From NCBI GenBank assembly GCA_002245135.1, contig NGBS01001162.1, positions 62,001 to 126,000 of the forward strand: 64,000 nt of DNA. The letters run 5' to 3'. A program made the position numbers and the translations under genes. The DNA is from Proteromonas lacertae (Eukaryota). The notes beneath the pieces are model-generated. The model saw only the letters and a program-made list of their open reading frames with translations. It was not told the DNA's origin and made no database searches. Within the stretch, counting starts at the first letter, position 1, and every line of letters starts with the position of its first letter. Shown here piece by piece: positions 35,801-49,706 of this stretch.

Positions 35801-38800
35801 TCGATTATATTATAGAGAGAATGAAATATCCAAAGAAGTATTAATATCAATAATAATCTATAATGAGAATGTGGAATGTAGTTATGGTGTAGATGAAAAC
35901 ACAATTCGAATTGCTGGTAGTACAAGATTTAAAATCGAAGGTCCAAAATGTAATGGTCCAATCAAATCATTTTCAGTTGAAAATTTACCTGTGAGTATAA
36001 AATTCAATGAAAGTGATGGTTCATTATACACAATTGGTTCAAATGAAAGATTAAATCCAACAAATGTAATAGTTTATTATGAGACAGATGTGAAGAAGAA
36101 GAGTATTAGTTTGACTTTATCAATAATTGAAGAATTTGTGGAATCTTATTCTAGTCCAGTTCAACATTTAGAATATATAAGTGATTATTTGATATTAATG
36201 AGTGTAAATGATGTTTATTATATTCCAAGTTACAGTGGTAAAATAACCGAATGTAAATCATTGACCAAATTACCTGATGGAATAATGATAGATAATAATA
36301 ACTGTAAAATCAATTCAACGAAAGATGTAAGTGAAAATAAAGAAAGTATATTGTTTATTCAAGGCAAGAATCAATACAGTTCTTCAACAACAAGAGTTCG
36401 AATAGTTCAAATGAAATCTGATGAAAAGAATATGATAGAAGGTTGGATTAGTAATTATTACAAAGATAAAGTAGGTCAATGTAATGGAAGATATCGAGCT
36501 AGTAGATATGATTCTGTATTGAAATATAGTCGAATAGAAGATTCAATCAATTATGAAGAAGGTTCAATGTATTGGCCTAAATTAGGCTATAAATTAGAAC
36601 AAGAATCCTTTGTAAGTCGAAAAGGTATAATCTTCAGTAAAACGACATCTACTTGGGTATTGGGTGTAAAAGGAAGTGGTTCAACTCATTTTGGTGTTTC
36701 AAATGAAATATTAGATGGTCGAAGTTTTATTCCATCATGTGATGTAAAGAAAGCTGAAGAAAAGACTAAAACAATCAAAGAAGGTGGTCATATGTTTTTT
36801 TATGAAGAAAGTCGAGATATAACTGATAAACCATTAAGTAATGTATTTTATGTGGGTAAAAACTTTGAAGGAATTCCAGTAGGAACAATATTAGATAAGA
36901 AATATGTAAAACATTTAATAAGTAATGAAGTAGAATATAAATATTCATATGCAATCTATCCTCGTAATGTAAAGATTCCTGATAATAATCCATTGTTTTT
37001 ATATAAAGATAAGAAATATAGTTTTATTAGTGATAAAGTATTACCATCAGGATTGAAATTAGATATGAAGAGTGGAATAATAAGTGGAACTCCTCGAAGT
37101 GTAGTAGAAGTATCTGAATATAAAATCGAAGTTCGAAATACTGAAAATAATGAAGTCTTTATGATAAAAATACATATAGGTGTAGAAGAGATAAAAGAAA
37201 GTAATAAATTTGAATGTGAAGAAATTAAAGATGATATATATCTTTATTCTGATATAACAGCAATCAATTGTTCAACCGAGAATATAAATGCAATCTATTA
37301 TTCTAGTGAATTACCAAAAGGCTTAGAAATATCCGAAAATGGAATAATAAGTGGAATTGCAACTGAAGTGGTAGATAATAAGAATGTAACAATTTATCGA
37401 TATACTCCAAACAGTTTAGATAAAGCTGTAATAAACATGAAAATCAATAAAAAGATGTATAGATACTGGTTAAAACTAGTATATGTAAGTGAGAATGACT
37501 GTATGGAATATAAACTAAGTCATAATGGTAAAGAAATATTTACAAGTGGAGAATTAATAAAAGGTAAAAGATACATATATGAAAGAGGATTTGATGATAT
37601 AGATGGTACAACTGGTTATAAATTAGAAATATTAGGTTCTTACAACATAAGTGGTTCATATGAATTATCAATAAATGGATTGACAATTAGAACTGATTAT
37701 TTTGTAGAAAAAGAATCAATAGAATATTCATTTGATTTAATAGTTGATGGAAAGCCTAGAATTAGTTACAATGTATTAGTAGATCCATTCCAATGTGGTT
37801 CATATTCCTATTATGGTCCATCTTCAATCAAAAATGGTGTTTCTTATTTCAAGACTGACTATATTCCCAAAGGGTTAGAATTTAACAGTGAAACAGGTGT
37901 ATTTGATGGTTATGTAAATGAGATTTTGATAAGTAAAGAAGTAAGTATAACTGCAGTAAATCCAAGTGGAGAAAGTGAAGTAAAGATATATTTAACATCT
38001 GAATGTGAAAATAAATATCCCAATGTAACATATGAAAGTAAAACATATAGGATAGGTGAAGAAATCTATATAGAACCAGTTGAAATGACCTGTGATAAAA
38101 TTGAAAGTGATAATTTACCTGAATCATTATGGATGAATGAAATTGGTGAAATAAGAGGAGTATTATGTGAAAAAGGAGAATATTTAATAAATATAAAATG
38201 TATAGGTGAAAAAGTGAAAATGAATAATGTCAAGATAACTGTTGAAGGTGAATGTGGAAGTGGAGAAGAAATGATAAAAATTCAAGCCAAGAATTACATA
38301 GGTGATTATTTAATGAAATTGAATGTGAGTGACACAGCAGAAAAGAAGATAATGGAATTCAATCCATCAAGTGTCGAATCGAATGAAATCTATACAATGT
38401 GTAAATGTGTAGATAAAAGTAAAGAATATATATTATATGGTGAATGTAAAGTAGATTCAAATGGTTGGTATCGAATATATTATGGAGATAAAGAATTATA
38501 TAAAGTAGGAAATATGAACAAAGTGATAGAAGATCGAATTGAAATAAAGAGTGAGAAAAGTCTACCAAATATAATATATGAATATTCTGATATGTTATAT
38601 TTCAGTTTGAATTATGAAGAAGTGTTTATGCCAATAAAGATTGAAAATGGAGCAGATAAAATTGAAATAACAAATGTTGATAAATTACCTTCTTCAATAT
38701 CATTTGATTCTAAAACAGGAACATTTAGTGGAAAGCCAAGTGAAAAATTTGATGATGTTGAAATAACAATTCACTTAGAGAATAGTAAAACAAACCAAAA

Positions 38801-41800
38801 GAGTGATAAAACAGTGAAATTAAGTTCAGGTGAATGTGGTCATCATCGAATGTTATTAGATTATAATCTTAGAATAGGTGTAAATTCTAATTATGGTTTG
38901 AAAGCTGATGAATTGGGAATAGTAAGTAGTTCAATAAAGAATAAAGAAGATGTTGAAATCTACAAATATACCAAAGAAAACACGAAAGCTGATGATAATA
39001 TAAAGAGATTATGTGTATTAAAAGGATCAAGTGAAATAATATTATCTAGTTTAGATGATAATAGTACTCGATGGAATGCAAGTGAATTAATAATAAGTAC
39101 AATGAATGGAATTGAAATATTCCGAAATTACAAAGAAGGAAATATAAGTAAAGAAGTGAATGTAAACTATGAAAATTATGTAGAAAAATCTGAGATATCA
39201 TACAGTGATGTTGTTCAAAAAGATGAAAAATGGAAGAAAGATGCAAGTGGTTTTACCAAATTAGAATCATCTCCATTACCTGATTTAAAAGTTGATAAAA
39301 GATATTATGTAATAACAATAGATTTAAATGAAATGAATATGAAAGATAGTGTATTATTTGATTTGAGAATGATATTAAATGGAAAATCAATAATGTATAT
39401 GAATGGAGTTGAATTCTATGAAAGTCTATCCGAAACTGCAAGTGAGAATGATGAATATAAGATATTAGGCAATATTGAATTATTGAATATTGGATTAAAC
39501 TATTTATCAATTGAAATGACAACTAAGTCTGGAAATAAAGATAATATGAAATTGAATGGTTTTTACATAATAAGTGGAAATAATAACTGTGGATATAATC
39601 GAATCTATGATTATTCTGATTCAAATGTAGTAACACAACAAAGTGGTATTTCATATGATCAAAATGTGTATAAAATGTTTGATAATAATTACAAAACGAA
39701 ATATTCTGCTTCAGCAAAGAGTGTTGATATTTCTTATTATTATAAAGAAACCGAATCAGTGTATTTCAATGGAATAATAATCACAACTGGTTCAGATATT
39801 AATCGAGTTCCAACTTCAATAACATTGAAAGGATATGATAAATCTAATGCAACAAGTGAAATAGTTAAAGAGAGTGGTTTAAAAAATATAATAAAAGTAC
39901 CACTTCAGAGATATTCCTTTGAAAAAGATAATGATAATAATAATATGTCCTATTATGGATTTGAATTGTTAAGTGATGGAGTAAGTGGTGTAGAATATGC
40001 TGATATTTATACATTGAGTTGTAAACATCATTGTCTTGCTAATAATGAATGGCCATTAACAGCTGGTGAAACATTAGCAAAAGTGAAATGTATATCAGGA
40101 AAGACAGATCAAGAAATGTTTAGATATTGTAATTCTGATTTAGTTTGGGAAGAAATCAATGATATTCGATGTAAAGATATAAGTAATTGAATATGGTGAA
40201 TTAAATGGAGTAATAGGTGAAGAAATAATTCATTATCCAACGAAATTCAATTGTGAAAAAGTGAATCATAATTTACCCAAATCATTATCAATTGATAAGA
40301 ATGGAGTAATTCGAGGTAAATTCTATTCAAGTTATACTCAAGATATAGCATTAACCTGTGAAGTAACAGGTCAAGCAAGTGTTGATCATGTTTTAAAGAT
40401 TAATGTTCCAGATTGTAAAGCAGATGAATCAGTATTTGGATTTAGTGTGTTAGTAGAATATATCGATGATTTAGTGTCTATAAATATAACCAATGAATCA
40501 AATGAAGCAATATTGATGATAGATAGATCAAATATAACTGAGAATGAATTATTCAGAATGGGTAAATGTGTAAAATCTGGTGATTATAAAATCAATATAG
40601 TGAGTTTACATAATGAGATAGGTTGGTATAAGATCTATTATGAGAATGATATACTTTATAAATTTGGTCGAATTAACAATGATGTTCATGAAAAAGTGAC
40701 ATTGAAAAGATCAAGTGGTAAACCAATAATAAGATATGCTTATACAGATAAATTATATTTCAGTATTGATTATGAAGAAGAATTTATTCCAGTGGAAATC
40801 GAGAATGGAGCAGATGAATTTTCAATCGAAGATTCTTCTTTATTATGTAATGGAACAGAATTTGATAAAACAACAGGAACAATAAGTGGTTTATCTAGAT
40901 TAGAATGTCAATCAAGAACATTAAAAATAAGTGCAAAGAATAGTTATAGTGGAGAAAGTAATAGTCAAGAAGTAGTAGAAGAAGTTGGTAAATGTGGACA
41001 TCATAGATATCTAGTAGAATTTAACTTAGTAAGTGCAGTATTGAAAGATGCAAGCAAGAAAGTGTTATGGAGTGAATATGATCGAACTAATGCTCGAGTA
41101 TTTGATTCAAGTGCAGGATTATTATATACATTTGGTGATTTAAAAGGAGAGATAGATAGTCGAGGATATTGTACAATAGGTGGAGTTGGTAAAGTGACAT
41201 TATCGAGTTTAGATGGAAATAATTGGCAAGCCAGTGATATGACAGTAGCAGCTAGTTTTGTGGAATTAATGAGAGATTATAATCATGATGGAAATGATAT
41301 AACCTATATAGTGAATTATAATAACTATATAAATGATAGTTGTATAATCTATTATACTGATAATGAACAAACAAATGATGATTGGATTATAAGTAAAGAT
41401 ACAACTGGTTGGAGTAGTACAACCAAAAAAGTTGGAAAATTCGAAGCACTTGGTGATTCAAAGAGATATTATAAATTATTAATCGATATAAATAAAAAGA
41501 ATGCTAATATGAGAGATAGTGTATTATTTGATTTAAGAATTGAATTAAATGGTAAAAGTACAATGTATATGAATGGAATAAAATTCTTTGAGAATACTCC
41601 GAATATTGAATCTGATGCTAATGATCGAATATCTAAAATTCGAGCTCCAATCGAGTTTATGCAAATAGGACTAAATGTCTTAACAATCGAAATGGAAACT
41701 GTGAAAAGTCAAGCTGATTTAGCAAAATTTGTTGGATTATTTATAGTAGGTGGAGAAAATAAATGTGCTTATACAAAAGTAGTTCCCACCAGTGTTGATT

Positions 41801-44800
41801 TTGACAAAAATTCAGTAAAATGTAACCCAGATTGTACAATTACTGGTGATGTTAAAACTAATAGTATATATCGAGTATTTGATCAAGATGGTTTAACAGG
41901 AGTATCAAGAAAAAGTGGTTATATAAGATTGAATTTCACAGATGGTTGGTCAGTATATTTCAATGGATTTTATTATGCTTCTCACAATTCCGAAATTACT
42001 CCAACAAAAATAAGATTTAGTGGATTAGACAATGAAGGTAAATATAATGTATTAAATGATTATGAAAATCTTGAATTAGATGGTCCTTATCAACGATATG
42101 GTTATTCTGAGATAAATGATTTGCCATTAATGCCATTAAATGGATTTGAATTTGAATATTCGAGAGAAGATAATAAAGATCTTGGTATAGCTGAAATCGC
42201 TCCTTATACCTGTCGACAAAGATGTTTTGTAGATGGTGAATGGAAACCAACATTAATAAATAGCTTTTTGACACTTAAGTGTAAGAAATTTTCATCATAT
42301 GAAAAGAGAAGATATTGTAATGATGATTTTGAATGGGATGAAATTGAAGATTCTAAGTGCCCAAAAGATTCATTCTTCAAACTTGATGAATTAGAATATG
42401 AAGTTGGTAAAATAATAATAAAACCTGACATGAATTGTGATATTTTATCATTTGCTGATTTACCATCTGAATTGAGTTTTAATGAAAAGAGTGGTACAAT
42501 ATTTGGAGAAGTAAATAAACCAAATGAATATGATATAAAAGCAACATGTGATGATAAACAATTAAATTATAAACTAAAAATATTATCTTGCAAGAATGGA
42601 TATAGAAGTATATTATTAAGATTCTTAGTCAATCAACCAAAAGATATAAAAGTATTTGAATTAATAAATAGTAATAATGAAGTTGTATATAATATAAGTA
42701 ATACTGAAATGAAATCGAATGAAGAAATAAAGTATACAAACTGTTTAAAATCTGATATTTATACCTTGAATATACAGAGTAATATTGATAATAATGGATG
42801 GTATGAATTATATTATGATGTTACAGAAATGACTAAATATGGAAATATAAAAAAGAATATAGAAATAGAGTTTAATGTAAAAACAGAAAATTTAAAACCA
42901 TATATAATGTATGAATATGATATATTGAGTTTTAAAGAAGAAAGTGAATATATTCCAATTGAAATTGAAAATGGAGCAGATGTAATGACAGTAGAAGGAA
43001 CAATACCAGCTGGTATAACATTTGATGATAAAAAAGGAATAATAAGAGGAAAATTAACTACAGCTGGAATTGATACAACATTAATCATCAAAACTAAGAA
43101 TACTATAACAAAATTAGAAAATACTCAAACAATAAAATTAACATCGCAATGTGAAAGTGGTAAATCACTTTATGATTTTAATCTTAATTATAATAATATT
43201 GATAATGCTGAAGTTATAGTTACAATAAATGGAACTGAAACAAAACTGAATAGTCTCAATAAAAATGCAGATTTCTGTGTAAATGGATTAGCAAAAGTTA
43301 AGTTTAATTCGTTTGCAGCTTATAAGTTATCCGAATTTGTATTAATATCACCAGAAGGAGTTGAAATAATTAGAGATAATTTAGCTTATAGGGGTATGGA
43401 GGTTTTTGGTGTAAGTTTAAGAAATTACTTATCCTCATCAACAGTTGTATATTATACAGATACAATACAGAATAATGAAGAATGGTTGAATAATAATTAT
43501 TATAAAGAATGGAATAAAGGCTATAATCATGAGAATTTATTATCATTATCATCAACTAAGAGATATTACAATATCCCAATCAATTTAAATGGAGTTGAAG
43601 ATGAATATAAAAATATGATATTATTTGATTTAAGATTGAAAGTAAATGGTGAAATAAAGATGTATGTAAATGGAGTAAAATTCCATGAAAGTACAAAATC
43701 TTCAACAACCGAAACATTAAAAATCAGAGGTCCATCTAAATTATTTAATATGGGAGAGAATATATTATCAATCGAAATGACAGTTAAAGAAGGTAATAAA
43801 GATGAAATATTCAAATTAGATAGTTTATATTTCACGTATATGTTTAGTCAATTAAGAAATGAAGTAAATGGAGTATGTGGTTTTAGTAAGATAATTGATT
43901 TTAATGAAGATGGTGTTGAAGGAAGTGTTGAAGGAACAACTGACCATCCATTAACCAATATATTCCAAAATGATTATAGTAAATATGCCACAGTAAATAC
44001 CAATACAGGATATGTGAGTTATACATATTCATCAACAGAATATCAATATTTTACTGGAATACAATACAAAGCACCATCAGATGGTTCAAAATCTTTGACA
44101 AAATTCAAATTCTATGGAATAAATGAAGATGGTTCAACTGAAATAATAGGTGAAAAGAATGAATTAAGTTTAGTTGCATATACATCTTATTTAACATCAA
44201 ATGATGCATTACCAATCAAAACTTATCATGGATATAAATTTGAATATGAAGGAACTAATCCAATCAATGTAGGTCAAGTATTAGCAGTTACATGTAAAAC
44301 AAAATGTCCAAAATTGGGAATATGGCCTGAAACAGCACCAGGTGTAGAAATATCATTACCATGTGAAACAGATCCAACTAAATTTATGACAAGAGAATGT
44401 TCAAAAGCTGTATTTTGGTATAATGTTGATTATAAACAATGTCCAAAACCAACAGAAACACCAACAACTCCAAAGACAACAACATTACCTCCAACAACAC
44501 AAACACCAATTCCATTACCAACAGATCCTCAACCAACATGTCCAGCATTAAAGAATCCAGAACCAACAACTGCTACACCAATTGGACCAAGAGAACAAGC
44601 AAAAATTACATTGAGAGTAGCATTAAATAATGTAGAAAATATATCAACCACCAAATTAACAGAAGAAGAAATAAGAGTAATAAAATTGGCAATAATGGAT
44701 ATATATAGATTAAATGGTATAAATGTTAGAGAGATTGATATAGATGTAAAAATAAATTCCAAGAGTATGAGATTATTAGTTGATACTTCATCAAATCTTG

Positions 44801-45624
44801 AATTAGAAATCACAGTAAGAATTCTACCCGAAATTACTGAAACAAAAGGAAAAGAAGAAATTCAAAAGATTACAGATTCAATTTCAAATAAGCCAGAAGA
44901 TTTACAAAAGACAATTAAAGAGAAATCGACTGAAGTATCTGAAAGATTAACTAAGATTACAGTAGCAAAAGTAGAAAATAGCATATCAATGGAAACTGTA
45001 CCACCACCAACACCAGAACCAACAGATACTCCAACAACACCTATTCCATTAGAGATAAAGATAATTAGATTATATATCTCAAACTTATCATTACCAACAC
45101 AACCATTAATTGATTATGAGAAAAATATTATCAAACAAGCTGTTATTGATGTTTATTACTTTAATTTTGATGTAGAAATACCATTTGATAATGTAGAGAT
45201 TGAATCTCCTAAGAGGAGATTATTAGTTGATGATGTAGGAAGTATTACAATCGTAGTTATGATTTCAATACCAAAAGAGATAGATCCAGATGTATTTGAT
45301 ATAGCCACAAACAATTTAGCTAATTCTAAAGAGTCTTTATTAGACAGAATTAAATCTAGAGCTAAGAATAATAGGTTTAAAGATATTGTCTTAAATGTTA
45401 TTACTGTTGATGGAAGTGAAAAGAAGAAGAATAATAATACAGGAGTAATAGTTGGAAGTATTGTTGGTGTTCTTGTTCTTATTGGTATTATTATCTGTGG
45501 AGGAGTATTTTATTACAGATATAATCACAGAGAAAAAGATGGAAATAGATCAAGTAAAAGCAAAGTATATCCAGCAAAAGATTTCTCAGTAATATCTGAA
45601 TCTAAAGGTGATTCAACTGTTTAG
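32838..45624 (+). CDS. Giant membrane-anchored metalloprotease-adhesin (about 4250 aa): M11/gametolysin-like protease, He_PIG repeats, PA14-like, three about 700-aa super-repeats, Pro/Thr mucin-like stretches, two SEA-like domains, TM
   Basis: ORF 32838..40190 (signal peptide; HEMHHNMGFSH at 33612-33644; Met-turn YGDHACIMG) and ORF 40261..45624 (TM GVIVGSIVGVLVLIGIIICGGVFYY) are in different frames but continue one repeat architecture. They are joined by a candidate 34-nt intron (40183-40216) or a +1 frameshift. Confidence 0.8.
40183..40216 (+). other. Candidate 34-nt GT-AG intron or frame-break site joining the two halves of the giant protease gene
   Basis: GTAATTGAATATGGTGAATTAAATGGAGTAATAG. 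Its removal deletes the TGA at 40188-40190 and joins frame 32838 to frame 40261 (...DI S EEII...). Confidence 0.55.
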
Positions 45625-45748
45625 GTTCAACTATAAAAATATAATCTATTATTATGTTTTGATTGTAATTTTGTTAATTTATAAAACTAAAAAAATCATA
45701 ATAACATTTATATAATAATAATAATAATAATAGATAGTATAGCCTATC

Positions 45749-48700
45749 TTAAAAATAAACTTTTGCTTTTGAGGGATAGAATGAATGACTAGATTGAAAT
45801 TCATTGTAATTTTTTACTAAATTCTCAATTCCATCAGGATGTGGTTTTCCAACACAATACATTCTGTAATTAATGAATTTATATTCATCACTATTTTCAT
45901 CAAAATATTTCTTATAAAAATCAATCAATTCTTGTTTTGTCAATTTTTCTAACTCTTTCACTTGTTCTTTCTTTCTATCGAAATTGTAAAGTTTGCTTTT
46001 AATAGCTGCATAATGTTCATCATGTTCATTCATTAAGTTTACTATTTTCTTTGTTTTTTCAGTGATTAAACTCTCTTTGACAGTTTTAAATTCTTCATCA
46101 CTTAATTCTTCAATTAGTTTCATTGCTACTTCTTTCATATAAGTTTTAATATCAACAGTAACTTCTTCTGGAGGCTTCTTATCAGACTGTACTAAGATTC
46201 TAATACCAGTAACACCATCAGAATAATAGAAAGTAAACCAAACAACATAACCTAATTGTTTCTTTGTACGTAATTCACTGTAACAGGATTGGCTAAGAAT
46301 ATTTTCAATACATTGACACATTGCTGTTATTTTAGGAGTAAATAAATCAACCTATTTATTAATATAATATAATATATATATATATATACTAAATATAACA
46401 TAACAGTACAATAATTATTTTCATCAGGATTTTCACATAAATAATTAAACACATATTCTTCTTTCTTCTTCAACATAACATGTCTCTTTTCTACCATTAA
46501 TGATGGAAGTAATGGATTAACATCATTAAACTTATCAGATATTAATTTTTGAATAACTTTCACATTATCTTCAGTATAATTACCAATAACAAAACACTCT
46601 AAAAATGATGTTTTTAACATTGTCTTACTAAAATGTAATAAATCATCATATGTAATAGTTTGTAACAATTCTAATTTTGTTTGTACATTAGGACTTTGAT
46701 AATTTGTACTTCTCATAATAATAGTTGACATTCTTCTAAATGGCATTGATTTCAATTCACTTTCATATGATTTTAACACTTTATCTTTCATTGTATTGAA
46801 GATTTCTTCTTTTATATCAGTTATTCTCAATAAGTCCATTGCTTTTTCTAAGAGTACCACTGCTTTGTCATTAAATCCAACTACTGTGAATGATGGACCA
46901 TAGCTGTCTGTAGTCATTTCCATTCCTAAACCAGCTACTTCACAATAATAACTTTCACTGGAGAATATATGCTTTAAACATCTATTTATTAGTATAAATA
47001 TATTAGAAACAAAATATATTATTATATACTTTAGATAAATATTACATAATATAATATCTTTTGGATTGTAATAGAATAATGGTAAATGAATTGCAACATC
47101 AATAATTACTTTTGGTAATTTGTAAGTACAATCCTGTTTAAACCAAATTCTCATTCTTTCATTATTAAACATCATTTTTGGTGGTGTAAAACAATCAGTG
47201 TTCAATTCATTATGTAATGAAAAATCTTCTGGTATGAATGGATTTTTGACAGGTAAATGTAATTCAGGGTTTGATTCTGGTTTGTCACATTTTTTTAACA
47301 ATTCATTATCTATTGATTTAATATAATACTGACCTTTATTAATCGGTTCAACTTTAAAATCTTCTATTTTTAAACCCAATCTTTCATATTCTTGAGTTGT
47401 TAAATTGATAAATACATTATTTGTATTGAAATTCTTTCCCATCTCAATAATCTTTTTTTCATCATACTTTTCAGGTATATGTCCATAAGTTAACAGTTGA
47501 TCAGATGGTGCATGAAACATTTTGTTTGACAAACCATAAGCATAACTATTAAAAGTAATTAAATATATAAATATTTACCTTGGATTATTTGAGATAGATT
47601 TATATTTAAATGTAGTTGCATTCATTTTCGTATTCTCTTCCCAAATCCACTGTTCAACGTTCTTCTTAGCTAATTCGATGTATTGAAACACAATATAAAC
47701 AATTTCATCAATATGATTTAATCCTTCTTCACTCAAATCGATTGTAATATCAAAAGTTGACCATTTTACATAGTTATGATTAATTCCAGCATATAATCCT
47801 AATGACCAACACTTCTTTCTTAATAAATGCAATATTGAACCTTCACTTTCGTGACCAATCAAATGACTGTAATATCTATGAGCTAATACGTCATTATCAC
47901 TGTTTTTAACACTCGGAAATGGAAATGATATTGATAATTGTCTGGTTGCTTTTACTGGGATGTAAATTAATGTTTTCTTCAATAAATTATCAAAAATATC
48001 ACCATCACCTTCAACTCTTTCAATATTCTTGTTCTCTATTTTATTGAAATATTGTTGAACATATTCTTCTATCTTATCTATTGGATCTTTGCCTATTACA
48101 GCCAATTTCATTATGTTTGCAGAATAATATTCATTGTAATGTTTAATAACTTCATCTCTAATATCAATATTATGATCTTGAGGGTATTTTAGTAATGTAT
48201 CTAAGTTACCACATGAGAAGTGAGAAAATGGAGAGGATTGCTTTAATAAGGAACGAAATATCTCATGTCTTCGAAATGCATCACTTTGATTGTTTTTCTC
48301 ATATTCTGAATTAACTACCTATAATAATAATAATGCAATAAAATTAATTGAATACATTGATTTCACGATTTAAACACTCTGGATTGAATAATGGACAGAT
48401 GAAATAACTGCTAAATTGCTCTAATCCTTCTTTTAAGAAAGGTGTATTAACATTAAAGTAATAGACAGTTTCTTCAGCACTAGTGTATGCATTACTATAA
48501 CCTCCATGTTCATCTAAGAATTTAGAGAAGCTGTTTTCTTCTGGATAGTCTTTTGTTCCTAGAAACAGCATATGTTCTAATAAGTGACTTACTCCCGGAA
48601 TATTATCTGGATCACTGTTGCTTCCATTACCAACACTCATTGCTGCAGTTGCCATATCACAATCTGGATGACTGATCATCAGTACTTTCAATTGATTTTT

Positions 48701-48824
48701 CAGAGTAATAGTCTTATAAGATCTACTGTCACTTGCAGACTTTTCAATTCCATTTTCCTAGTTGCAATATATATTCTTTTTATACTATTTTTATGTAAGA
48801 AGATCTATCAAATGATGTAGACAT
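45749..48824 (-). CDS. IDE: Insulin-degrading enzyme (insulysin, peptidase M16A)
   Basis: ATG at 48824. Inverted zincin GVSHLLEHMLFLGTKDYPEEN, SNAYTS, HLIGHESEGS, ELRTKKQLGYVV; several short introns including an in-frame one at 46982-47029. Confidence 0.95.
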
Positions 48825-48985
48825 GAGACGAATGATGTTTTTAGTAAAATAGAAATTTATTCGTTTCATTTCTTCATTTCTTCTTTTTTCTTCATAAAAA
48901 CAACAAATGAATAAGAAAATAAATTAAATTATTACAGGTATATAATAAATAAATCTTATTGATTATATCCTAATCTAGAGAATAA

Positions 48986-49706
48986 TTAATCTAAAGAATC
49001 AATATAAATAGGTTCAACACCTTGGATGGATGATGGAATCTTCCAGTTTGGTCCATAATTTATTAAAATGCTTTTCAATGGATTTTTAATACAATATACA
49101 CTCGTTAGATATCATTGGCCATACATCCATATAGTATTTTCCAAATACACTTTTAATATAGATGTGAATATTTCTCAAATATTTAACTACAAATATAATC
49201 TCTTTTATATTCAGATCTACAACATATTTCTTGAACATTAACTCATATTCAGTGAAATTTTTATTACACAATTTATACTTGTCAGTTATTTTGATACTTT
49301 TGCTTTTATACCTTTTGCGATTAACAGGTTTAAATTCATCACATCCAAATATGTGTGTATTTAGCCAGATAGGAATTATAATATCAATATCATGATCATT
49401 AGCCTTTAGAATACCATCTCTATATGCTTGAAGCTCTGTACGAAATGCAATAAAATATGTAATATTCAACTTATCGACAGTATCAAACATAACATTACAA
49501 GACTGCTTTGCTTCTTTATCATAGTCTTTACCATTAATAGTCTTACTCCAAGGACATTTATCTTCAAAACTAGAGTTGTTACAGTATATACTATATTCTT
49601 TTATTACTTCAGTACTGTAATTATATCTTGTACTACTTTTTTTATTACATAAAATAAAGGACACGATTGATATTAGGGCAACGAAAACAATTAAATAAAT
49701 AATCAT
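48986..49706 (-). pseudogene. LicD-family (fukutin/FKRP-like) nucleotidyltransferase, copy 1, C-terminally frameshifted
   Basis: Type-II TM N-terminus; FRTELQAYRDGILKANDHDIDI motif. Relative to copy 2, about 50 nt are missing near 49100, giving a premature TAA at 49086; the homologous tail (KNPLKSILINYGPNWKIPSS) continues in another frame to TAA at 48986-48988. Confidence 0.7.

Noticed and set aside
40188..40190. TGA readthrough or selenocysteine joining the two protease ORFs
   Set aside because: The downstream ORF is in a different frame, so readthrough alone cannot join them.
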